This document shows positions 7,409 to 15,581 of a stretch of DNA of 41,531 nt, one piece after another. A program made the position numbers and the translations under genes. The DNA is from Bacteroidales bacterium UBA1237 (lineage in GTDB: Bacteria > Bacteroidota > Bacteroidia > Bacteroidales > UBA932). The number at the start of each line of letters is the position of its first letter. Position 1 is the first letter of the stretch. The stretch is from the NCBI GenBank assembly GCA_002308935.1, contig DBWN01000069.1, positions 1-41,531 on the forward strand, read 5' to 3'. Below the pieces are notes generated by a model. It saw only the letters and a program-made list of their open reading frames with translations, had not been told where the DNA came from and did no database searches.

Positions 7409-9721
7409 TTACTGAACAGTGAGGATTACGGGTTCGCCGGTATCCTTGCTGTTGGGGCCTATCATGATCTCGTAGTCTCCGCTTTCGCATACCCACTTGA
7501 GGTCATGGTTGTAGTATGCCAGGTCATCGGAGCAGATCTCGAAGGTGACGGTCTTGCTTTCACCGGCCTTGATGTCGACTTTCTCGAAACCGCGCAGTTC
7601 CTTCACGGGACGTGTAGATGTGCTGTACACATCATGTATGTAGAGCTGTACTGCCTCTTTTCCGTCATATTTTCCGGTGTTCTTCACGGTGACGCTTGCA
7701 GTGACCTTGCCGTTAACGGGCATTGAAGAGGCTGAAAGGGTTACGGGGGAGTACTCGAAGGTCGTGTAGCTCAAACCGTATCCGAAAGGATAAAGGGGAG
7801 CGTTTATCACATCCATGTAGCAGCTGGTGAACTTCCTGTAGGGCTCGAAATCGGGATGAGGCCTTCCTGTATTCTTGTGATTATAATATAAAGGAAGCTG
7901 TCCAACCATCCTGGGGAAGGAAGTGGTGAGCTTTCCTGAAGGGTTGGCGTCTCCGAAGAGCACGTCAGCGATGGCGTGTCCGGACTCCGTTCCGAGTGAC
8001 CAGGTGTTGAGAATGGCGTTCATGTTCTCGTCTTCCCATGTGAGGGTGAGAGGACGTCCTGTGGTGAGGACCATCACGATGGGCTTTCCGGTGGCCTTGA
8101 GGGCTTTGAGGAGTTCCACCTGTACGTCAGGAATGGAGATGTCAGCCCTTGAAGAGCCTTCACCGCTCATGCTGTTGGGTTCACCTACGCAGGCAACGAC
8201 TACATCAGCTGCCCTGGCTGCGGCGACTGCTTCAGCGATGAGCTGAGCGTTGGTCTTTTCAGGTGCTGCGGGGCCTCTTCCTGCACCCTCATTCCTTGTG
8301 AAACCTACACCGAATCCGCCTCTGATGGGCTGAGCGGTAATCTTGCTGCCCTGTGCTGTCGTAAGCTTTCCGGAAGTTCCGAGGGCTTCTTTGACACCTT
8401 GGAGAATGGTTACGTTGTCAGATGCTTTGGCTGACATGGCCCATGCTCCGGACATGTCGGAAGCATTGTTGGCGAAGGGACCTACAAGAGCGATCCTTGC
8501 GTTCTTCGAAAGGGGAAGCACTCCGTCGTTCTTGAGGAGAACCTGGCTTTCACGGGCGAGTTCACGAGCGAATGCACGGTTTTCAGGAGTGAAGATGTTC
8601 GTCTTGACTTTTTCCTCGTCAATGTACTTGAACGGATCATCGAACAGACCGAGCTTGTATTTGGCTTCAAGGATACGGCGGCAGGCCTTTTCGATGTCAG
8701 CCTTTGTGACCCTTCCCTCATCGAGGGATTTCTTGAGGGTGCCGATGAATCCGTCTGAGTTCATGTCCATGTCAAGACCGGCTTGAAGAGCCCTTGCAGA
8801 GGCTTCCTGCAGGTCACCGATACCGTGGTTGACCAGTTCGGCTACTGCAGTGGCGTCCGATACCACGAATCCGTCGAATCCGAACTCGTCCCTCAGAAGG
8901 TCAGTGAGGAGGTACTTGTTTGCGGTGGCGGGGATTCCCTCGTATTCATTGAAAGAGGACATGTAGCTGGCGGCTCCTGCCTCAGCAGCGTCCTTATAAG
9001 GGCGCATCCAGTTGTTGAGGATCTCCTGGCGTCCGAGGTTGACCGTGTTGTAGTCCCTTCCGGCTTCAGCCGCTCCGTAGAGAGCGTAATGCTTCACGCA
9101 GGCGAGCACCTCGTTGTCAGAGAACACGTCGTCATGGCCCTGGTATCCCCAGACCATGGCTTTAGCCATTTCTCCGCCGAGATAAGGGTCTTCTCCGGCT
9201 CCTTCCACTATACGTCCCCATCTGGCGTCATGGCAGATGTCGACCATCGGGCTGAATACCCAGTTGATACCGGATGAAGAAGCTTCGGTAGCGGCGATGC
9301 GGGCTGATTTCTCGACCATTTCACGGTTCCATGTGTTGGATATGGCGAGCGGAACGGGGAAGATCGTCTGGTATCCGTGGATGACGTCCATGCCGAACAT
9401 CAGAGGAATCCCGTGAGGGGACTGGAGGGCGTACTCCTGGAGTTTGCGCATTGTCGCAGGGTCTCCTCCGAAGCCGTAGAGAGCACCCATGTTACCGGTC
9501 TTGACGGCCTTCACGGTCTCATTGTCATCGGTAAGGGCGGCGCTGGAGCGGAAGCCCATTGAATGGAGATTGAGCTGCCCGATCTGTTCCTCGACGCTCA
9601 TCTGGGAGAGGAGTGAGTCGATGAACTTGTCCATTTCGCTCTTCTTGCTGCAGGAAACAGTCAGTGCTGCAAGAAGAATGAACGCGAATACTGCGTTCAG
9701 AGTCTTGAAGGTGATTTTCAT
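7409..9721 (-). CDS. bglX: GH3 beta-glucosidase, BglX-like lipoprotein
   Basis: Lipobox LTVSC; DVIHG, DARWGR, EGAGEDP and CVKHYA motifs; nucleophile region GFVVSD; SGEGSSR; PLYPFGYGLSYT; C-terminal Fn3-like domain. Confidence 0.93.
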   Translation of the reverse strand: MKITFKTLNAVFAFILLAALTVSCSKKSEMDKFIDSLLSQMSVEEQIGQLNLHSMGFRSSAALTDDNETVKAVKTGNMGALYGFGGDPATMRKLQEYALQSPHGIPLMFGMDVIHGYQTIFPVPLAISNTWNREMVEKSARIAATEASSSGINWVFSPMVDICHDARWGRIVEGAGEDPYLGGEMAKAMVWGYQGHDDVFSDNEVLACVKHYALYGAAEAGRDYNTVNLGRQEILNNWMRPYKDAAEAGAASYMSSFNEYEGIPATANKYLLTDLLRDEFGFDGFVVSDATAVAELVNHGIGDLQEASARALQAGLDMDMNSDGFIGTLKKSLDEGRVTKADIEKACRRILEAKYKLGLFDDPFKYIDEEKVKTNIFTPENRAFARELARESQVLLKNDGVLPLSKNARIALVGPFANNASDMSGAWAMSAKASDNVTILQGVKEALGTSGKLTTAQGSKITAQPIRGGFGVGFTRNEGAGRGPAAPEKTNAQLIAEAVAAARAADVVVACVGEPNSMSGEGSSRADISIPDVQVELLKALKATGKPIVMVLTTGRPLTLTWEDENMNAILNTWSLGTESGHAIADVLFGDANPSGKLTTSFPRMVGQLPLYYNHKNTGRPHPDFEPYRKFTSCYMDVINAPLYPFGYGLSYTTFEYSPVTLSASSMPVNGKVTASVTVKNTGKYDGKEAVQLYIHDVYSTSTRPVKELRGFEKVDIKAGESKTVTFEICSDDLAYYNHDLKWVCESGDYEIMIGPNSKDTGEPVILTVQ

Positions 9722-9763
9722 TGGTGTTATGGTTTGTTTGACGTATCGTTTTGGTCTGTGATG

Positions 9764-9771
9764 CAAAAATA
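9764..9771 (-). promoter_or_regulatory. -7 promoter element for bglX
   Basis: TATTTTTG on the minus strand, 42 nt upstream of the ATG. Confidence 0.65.
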
Positions 9772-9802
9772 GCATTTTTATCTTGCCTCCTCTTCGCATA
9801 TA

Positions 9803-9837
9803 GTACAAAAGATGAACGGATTTGTACCAAAAATGAC
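9803..9837. promoter_or_regulatory. Direct repeat with 21-bp period, putative HTCS/AraC operator
   Basis: GTACAAAAGATGAA at 9803 and GTACCAAAAATGAC at 9824, upstream of the bglX promoter. Two-helical-turn spacing is typical of AraC-family sites. Confidence 0.6.
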
Positions 9838-9857
9838 GTTTATGTGTTTTTTTATCA

Positions 9858-9890
9858 AGAAAATCCCCGTCTCGGGTGGAGACAGGGAAT
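9858..9890 (-). terminator. Terminator after the GH78 gene
   Basis: Minus strand TCCCTGTCTC-CACCC-GAGACGGGGA followed by TTTTCTT. Confidence 0.75.
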
Positions 9891-9916
9891 GAGAAGGTAT
9901 GATTCCGTTGTGCGGT

Positions 9917-12900
9917 TTATCGGGTAGTGTATCCGCTCTTCAGGGAGACGGTGATCCTGCTTCCGTCGGAAGTGAAGTCGAATCCGCCGCTCTGGAGCCT
10001 GAACACCATGACGGGTATACCGTTCCTTACCGAAAGTCCCCTGTAGGTCACACCTGCGCAGGTCTTGACCTTCTTGGCCGCCTGTGCGGAGAATTTTCCG
10101 CTGACAGGGAGATACAAGGTGGCTGATGTGTTTGCAGGTACGGTGGCGCTGTAGGAGTTGAGGGCGCTCACGCCGTGGGCGTCTTCCTTTCCGGGTTCAG
10201 CGGTCCATGCGCTTTCGATAAGGCCGTTCGAAGACTTGTATGCGACCTTCGCGTGGTCGAGCGATCCTCCGGGAACGGGCTGGAGAACGAAGTCGGAGAA
10301 TCCCACGCTGTCATATATGCCGTTGTCACCTCTCTGGATTCCGCCGACCTGGGTGATCATGAACGCTGCCGCCACTCCGAATCCGTAGTGGTTCCAGGAG
10401 TTCATGCTCTGGTTGATGGGTCCGTATTCGGTTTCGGTGTTCCACCTTTCCCATAGGGAAGTCGCACCGATCGTGACGGGATACAGCCAGGAGGAGAACT
10501 TCTCGTTCTCGAGCATCTTGTAAGCTGCGCCGAACTCACCGTTCTTGCCGAGTGCTCCGAGGATACAAGGAGTTCCGGTGAAGCCGGAAGTGACGCTCCA
10601 CTCGTGCAGAGGCATGTCGATGTTGTTCACGGTCGCCGTGAGTTCAGTACCTTCGAACTGGCACCTTTCGAGATAGTTCTTCACGAAGTTGGGGTGCTTC
10701 GCATAGTCTATCATGTCGTAATAGATGGCGATAGCGTAGGATGACTGTGCGGTGGTCGGATTGCCGTTGTAATCCAGAGGAACGTCCTGGTCGCTGATCA
10801 TGTTGTCATTGAACTCGTCCTTCAACTTCAGGAAGTAATCCCTGTAGTAATCAGCCTCATTCTTCTTGCCGAGGGCGTCGGCCATTGTGGCCATGTACAT
10901 GAGGGTCCTTCCGAACTCGCAGATCTGGTCGTAACCCGAGTTGGAGCTCTTTGACATCTCGAGATGGTTGGAAAGGCCGCCTCCCTGGAAGAGGTAGTTG
11001 TACTTGGGATCCTGCTTTCCGGCATTGATGAACTGCTGGGTGTACATCACGAACGAATCCCAGCTTTCACGAAGAGCCGAAAGGTCTCCGTTGTTGGCGT
11101 AGATGTCCCAGATCATGGTAAGTCCACCCATAGGCCATGCGACGTTGGATGTCTTTCCGTCAGGATTCTGGGGAACACCTTCCTTGGAGTAGTATGCACC
11201 GCGGCCGGTCATTGAAGACTGGTAGTCACGGCTGGCTGAGTTCAGCTGCACGTCCCTTCCGAGCTGGGCGTAGTTGCTGTAGAACTGCGTCATGTCGGCC
11301 ATGTAGACGGAAGTCTCGCTGTAGATCTGCTGGTCTCCGAGGAAGGGGAGTCTCTCGTTCCTCTGGGGGCAGTCGGTTCCCACTGAGACGTGGTTTCCGT
11401 AGTGTGAACGGGCCACGTTCAGGAAGAAGCGGTCCAGAAGGGGATTGGAAGACTCGAATGTGGTGGTGATGTCAGTGAGCGATGAAAGTACAAGACCGTT
11501 CACCTCAAGCGAAGCGAGGAGCGCCTGCTGCTGGGCCTTTGAGACGTTCCCGTTGATGCTCACGTCGATGAACCTCCATCCGTGGAATGTGAGTGTAGGG
11601 ATGAATGTCTCTCCACCGGGGGTTCCTTTGGCGATATAGCGGTCTATGCTCCTTGCTCCGCGGTAGTTCTCGGTATAGATCATACCGTCCATCTGTGCCG
11701 CGTTGAAGGGATAGAGGAAATCCCTCTTGACCCTTGTCTCGCCATAGCGGAGAACGACCTCCGTACCTTCGGGGAGGGTGGTGCGGAACCTTATCTCAGG
11801 AACACCGACCATGTTCTCTCCCATGTCGAAGATGTAGGAGATGTGCTCGGGGTTGTCCCTGTACTTGAGACTGGGAGTGTGGATGTGCTTTCCGGGGAGT
11901 ACCTGGACGACGTGGATGGGGTAGTCGATCCTGCCCTCGTAGTCGGGGTTCTCGAAGTTGGCGTCAGCAGCCGGCGTGAAAGCGGCTTTCTTCCATGCGG
12001 AGTCATCATAGGATGCTGTGGACCAGCCTTCGATGGCTTTTTCCTTCCTTGCGTCGTAGAATTCTCCGTGATAGAGACTGCTGTAAGTGATCGGACCTCC
12101 GAGGAATGACTTCCAGTCACGGTCGTTGGTGACGATCTCCTGAGTACGGCCGTCGTCGTAAGTGATGACGAGTTTCGCCATTACGCCCCACTTCTCACCG
12201 TACCAGTTGAAATATGACGGGTTGTAGACGTATTCGTCACCCCACCATCCGGGACCCATCACGGCTCCCATGGCATTCTTGCCGTTGGATACAATCCTGT
12301 CCGTGACATCGTAGGTGACATACCTCATTGTTCCGTAGAACTGGAGCATACCGGGAGAGAGGAAGTCGCGGGAATGGTCACGGCCTTCACCGTCCTTGGT
12401 GTAGACCCTGCCGGCCTCGACCCTCTTTCCGTTCATGAAGAACTCGTTCACACCTCTAGATGTGACATAGAGTTTCGCGTCAGCGACCTTTCCGGTTGTG
12501 GTGAAAGTGGTCCTTACCATAGGTTCGGAACCGAATGAAGGGTCAGCGTATGCGAGAGTGTTCTTCACGTTGATGGTACCACCGTTCACGGTGATGCCGG
12601 GAAGGTCCTTGAAGATGGCGTATGTAGCGCCGATGTTTTCTCCGAAGACCGTTGATGCGGGCTTGTTGATGTAGTTGACCTTCACCCCGCTGAATTGGGC
12701 GCTTCCCTCAGCGCAGAAACCGATCTGTCCGAGGTGAGGATACTTGCAGGAGTCTCCGCCCCTTCCGAGAGGATTGGTGAAAAGCTGGGGCTGGGAGTTT
12801 CCTCTTCCGAATCCCGCAGGTGCTCCGGCGGGAGCTCCGCCGCCGTATCCCATCTGGTTTGTCGCAGGAGCGTCAGGCTTTTGGAATGCAGTTCCGTCAA

Positions 12901-13762
12901 GGGTGCAGTTTATGAGGTTTCCTCCGGTGCAGCTCAGGAATACGCTGTGCTTGTCGTACATGTTGTCCTTGGTGATGTTGTCAAGGTCGTATGCCTTCAG
13001 CAAAGAAGTGTTGCCCGGGCGCTCGTTGTCGATAGGGCTGTAACCTTTACGGTAAATCTTCATTTGGGCAGGACCCTTGCCTTCAACCAGGGGAGTGATG
13101 TCATATACTACGCTGATGTAGGTCTCACCTTCGATCAGATAGTCGTTGTACATGGCGTTGGACATCCTCATCTCGCCTCCTGCGTAAATGAATCCCGCCT
13201 TTGTCGTACCGGGATCCAGTTTTATGTCGTAGGAGATGTTGTAGACGGTGAGCGAAGCGGCATCCAAAGTGATGTCGGGACTTCCGATGAACATGGCTTC
13301 ACGTCCGAAGACGGCGTCCTTGACATTGTCGAAGTCCTTGTCATTGTATGTGCAAAGTTCGTAAGCGAGACCGGTTGAGAACCTGGCCTCAGGAGCGTTG
13401 TGGGGCTTACCCTTCTTGTCCCATACGGTCACTGTCCAGAAATAATCCGTGCCGTTCTTGAGGTTGGATGCTTTCGAGTAGTCAAGCTCCACGTTTGAGG
13501 ATTTGGATGAAGGCACTTTGCCGGTGTCCCATACGGCATTGCCGGCCTTGTCTTTTATGACGATCCGGTAGGCGGACTGGCCTTCACCTACGATGTTGGA
13601 TTCAATGTCCCATCCGAAAACAGGGACTTCATCCAGACCCAAAGGTGTCACCATGTTGTCTGTGAGGGGATTGGTGACATTGAAGTAGCCCTGGGCGAAC
13701 GCACTTTGGGAAACCCCGCAGAGCACAAGCGAAAGAGCTATCAGCAAAAGTCTGTTTTTCAT
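9917..13762 (-). CDS. GH78 alpha-L-rhamnosidase, large multidomain
   Basis: Signal peptide; N-terminal PVFGW...QSAYRI...WDTGKV; FDMGENMVG; TFHGWRF; catalytic-region motifs TDCPQRNER, TSLWERW and SWNHYGFG. Confidence 0.92.
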   Translation of the reverse strand: MKNRLLLIALSLVLCGVSQSAFAQGYFNVTNPLTDNMVTPLGLDEVPVFGWDIESNIVGEGQSAYRIVIKDKAGNAVWDTGKVPSSKSSNVELDYSKASNLKNGTDYFWTVTVWDKKGKPHNAPEARFSTGLAYELCTYNDKDFDNVKDAVFGREAMFIGSPDITLDAASLTVYNISYDIKLDPGTTKAGFIYAGGEMRMSNAMYNDYLIEGETYISVVYDITPLVEGKGPAQMKIYRKGYSPIDNERPGNTSLLKAYDLDNITKDNMYDKHSVFLSCTGGNLINCTLDGTAFQKPDAPATNQMGYGGGAPAGAPAGFGRGNSQPQLFTNPLGRGGDSCKYPHLGQIGFCAEGSAQFSGVKVNYINKPASTVFGENIGATYAIFKDLPGITVNGGTINVKNTLAYADPSFGSEPMVRTTFTTTGKVADAKLYVTSRGVNEFFMNGKRVEAGRVYTKDGEGRDHSRDFLSPGMLQFYGTMRYVTYDVTDRIVSNGKNAMGAVMGPGWWGDEYVYNPSYFNWYGEKWGVMAKLVITYDDGRTQEIVTNDRDWKSFLGGPITYSSLYHGEFYDARKEKAIEGWSTASYDDSAWKKAAFTPAADANFENPDYEGRIDYPIHVVQVLPGKHIHTPSLKYRDNPEHISYIFDMGENMVGVPEIRFRTTLPEGTEVVLRYGETRVKRDFLYPFNAAQMDGMIYTENYRGARSIDRYIAKGTPGGETFIPTLTFHGWRFIDVSINGNVSKAQQQALLASLEVNGLVLSSLTDITTTFESSNPLLDRFFLNVARSHYGNHVSVGTDCPQRNERLPFLGDQQIYSETSVYMADMTQFYSNYAQLGRDVQLNSASRDYQSSMTGRGAYYSKEGVPQNPDGKTSNVAWPMGGLTMIWDIYANNGDLSALRESWDSFVMYTQQFINAGKQDPKYNYLFQGGGLSNHLEMSKSSNSGYDQICEFGRTLMYMATMADALGKKNEADYYRDYFLKLKDEFNDNMISDQDVPLDYNGNPTTAQSSYAIAIYYDMIDYAKHPNFVKNYLERCQFEGTELTATVNNIDMPLHEWSVTSGFTGTPCILGALGKNGEFGAAYKMLENEKFSSWLYPVTIGATSLWERWNTETEYGPINQSMNSWNHYGFGVAAAFMITQVGGIQRGDNGIYDSVGFSDFVLQPVPGGSLDHAKVAYKSSNGLIESAWTAEPGKEDAHGVSALNSYSATVPANTSATLYLPVSGKFSAQAAKKVKTCAGVTYRGLSVRNGIPVMVFRLQSGGFDFTSDGSRITVSLKSGYTTR

Positions 13763-13838
13763 GTAATGTGTGTTTTGTGTGTTGTGTTGGTTTCCTGATC
13801 GGTTAGACTATAATACTGTCTAAGGGGAGGTGGTTTTT

Positions 13839-13875
13839 AAAGAATCCGGCGTCGCCGTTTTGAGACAACGCCGGA
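13839..13875 (-). terminator. Terminator or stabilising hairpin between susD and GH78
   Basis: Minus strand TCCGGCGTTG...CGACGCCGGA followed by TTCTTT. Confidence 0.7.
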
Positions 13876-13904
13876 AACCCTAGTTCAACCACTAATTGTA
13901 TTTG

Positions 13905-15560
13905 CTACCAGTCCGGATTCTGTTTGAGATTCGGGTTGGCGGTAAGCTCGGTTGTAGGATAAGGGAAGAGCCTGTATTTGGCGCTGTAACCGACCCAGTT
14001 GGTTACATCTTCCGAAGAGACGGACACTGTGTATGTCGCAGGATCGCCTGAAGTCTTGTAGGTGTACTTTCCGACATTCTTGAAGGCATCGACATCGATA
14101 CCCCAACGGCGGCAATCCCAGAACCTTTCGCCCTCGAAGAAGAACTCAGCACGTCTTTCGTCCTGGACATCTTTGAGAGTGTAGCTTCCGACAGTAGGCA
14201 TGCCGGCACGTGTACGCACCTGGTTGAAGGCGGCAAGTCCTGCCTGGCTGTCGACAGTAGCCTCTGCGTAGAGCAGGAGGACATCTGCATACCTCATGAA
14301 ACCGAAGTTGGCTTTGCTGTAGAGGTCCTTGTCGTTTGTAGCAGTGTACATGTCTGAATGCCAGAAATAGAACTTCGTTCCCAGATAACCCTGGCAAGGT
14401 TCGAGGATAGGCTGTACGTATCCGCCCCAAAGCAGAAACATTCCTGCCTGAGCGGGAGTCAAACCTTTAGCAAGAAGAGGATTGACGTTGTCACCTTCGT
14501 AGTTGGGTGTGCCTTCGTACTCTTCACCAGCAAGTTCGATGAACTTGGCAGCGGCCTCTTCGAAGGTCCATAGGTTACCTTTCTGACGTTTTGTTCCGAT
14601 CTCTCCACGGGCTACGAGGAAATCATAGAAATCCTTTGAAGGGAAGTCCTGCTCGTATCCCTGGTTGAATCCGGTAAGATGGACTCCACCGGGCATCGTG
14701 ACGTATTCAGCACGCCATACGTAGTTCTGGTGGCTCATCCTTGCCTCGGTCGCACGCATGTCGTCATCTGAATCAGAAGCGTTGAACTCCCAGAGGTATT
14801 CATCGCACCAGTCAGCCTTCAAGGTGTACAAATCGAAGTACTCGTCGATGAGTTTGTATTTTCCGGAGTCAATGACCTGCTTGAGGTAGGTGGCTGCGTT
14901 GGACTTGTCACCGGCAGCGAGGTAAGCTTTACCCTTCCATGCCTTTGCGGTTTCAGCGGTGACCCTTGCTCCGATAGCCTTCTGGCCTCCGAGACCGCTC
15001 TTTGTGGGAAGTCCCTTTATTGCCTCATCGAGGCTTGTCTGGACATAGTTCCAGAGCTCTTCTTTGGTGCCGTTAGCGGGCTGAAGCTCATCACTTCCGA
15101 GGACGTGGTCCACCAGAGGGGGAGTGCCCCATCCCATGATCAGGTAGTAGTAAGCCCATGCCCTCATGAAATAGGCTTCAGCAATGACCCTCTTCTTGGT
15201 TGCGGTGTCGTCTTTGAGTTTCTCGATGATCATGTTCGCCTTGTAGTTGATCTGGTACAAGGTGGTGAAGCTCAATCCTGCTGTTGATACAGGACCGGAA
15301 AGGAACGTGTCGTTGTTGTATGTCTTCCATACATTGTTGTTTACGACATCATCAGTAAGCGTGCTGGCGTTGGTGATCCTCTGTCCCCATACTGAAGTAT
15401 AAATTGAGGAAATGAGGGCTTCAGCTTCAGCATCGTTCGCATTCTCATAATAAGGATCCGTACCGAGCGCTCCGAGTTGCTCAACGCTGTCGAGCATCTT
15501 GGTGCAGGAGACGGCAGTCAATGCGAGAGCTGACACTAATATGTATATATACTTTTTCAT
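13905..15560 (-). CDS. SusD/RagB family outer-membrane lipoprotein
   Basis: Lipobox LTAVSC; TPR-like AEAYFMRAWAY; MRYADVLLLYAEA; ERRAEFFFEGERFWD; C-terminal NPNLKQNPDW. Confidence 0.95.
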   Translation of the reverse strand: MKKYIYILVSALALTAVSCTKMLDSVEQLGALGTDPYYENANDAEAEALISSIYTSVWGQRITNASTLTDDVVNNNVWKTYNNDTFLSGPVSTAGLSFTTLYQINYKANMIIEKLKDDTATKKRVIAEAYFMRAWAYYYLIMGWGTPPLVDHVLGSDELQPANGTKEELWNYVQTSLDEAIKGLPTKSGLGGQKAIGARVTAETAKAWKGKAYLAAGDKSNAATYLKQVIDSGKYKLIDEYFDLYTLKADWCDEYLWEFNASDSDDDMRATEARMSHQNYVWRAEYVTMPGGVHLTGFNQGYEQDFPSKDFYDFLVARGEIGTKRQKGNLWTFEEAAAKFIELAGEEYEGTPNYEGDNVNPLLAKGLTPAQAGMFLLWGGYVQPILEPCQGYLGTKFYFWHSDMYTATNDKDLYSKANFGFMRYADVLLLYAEATVDSQAGLAAFNQVRTRAGMPTVGSYTLKDVQDERRAEFFFEGERFWDCRRWGIDVDAFKNVGKYTYKTSGDPATYTVSVSSEDVTNWVGYSAKYRLFPYPTTELTANPNLKQNPDW

Positions 15561-15581
15561 ATCCTTTATCATATTATGGGA

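Noticed and set aside
13761-13793. TGTG/TGTT-rich tract resembling a microsatellite
   Set aside because: On the coding strand it is an A/C-rich unstructured leader like those before susC and bglX, not a regular tandem repeat.
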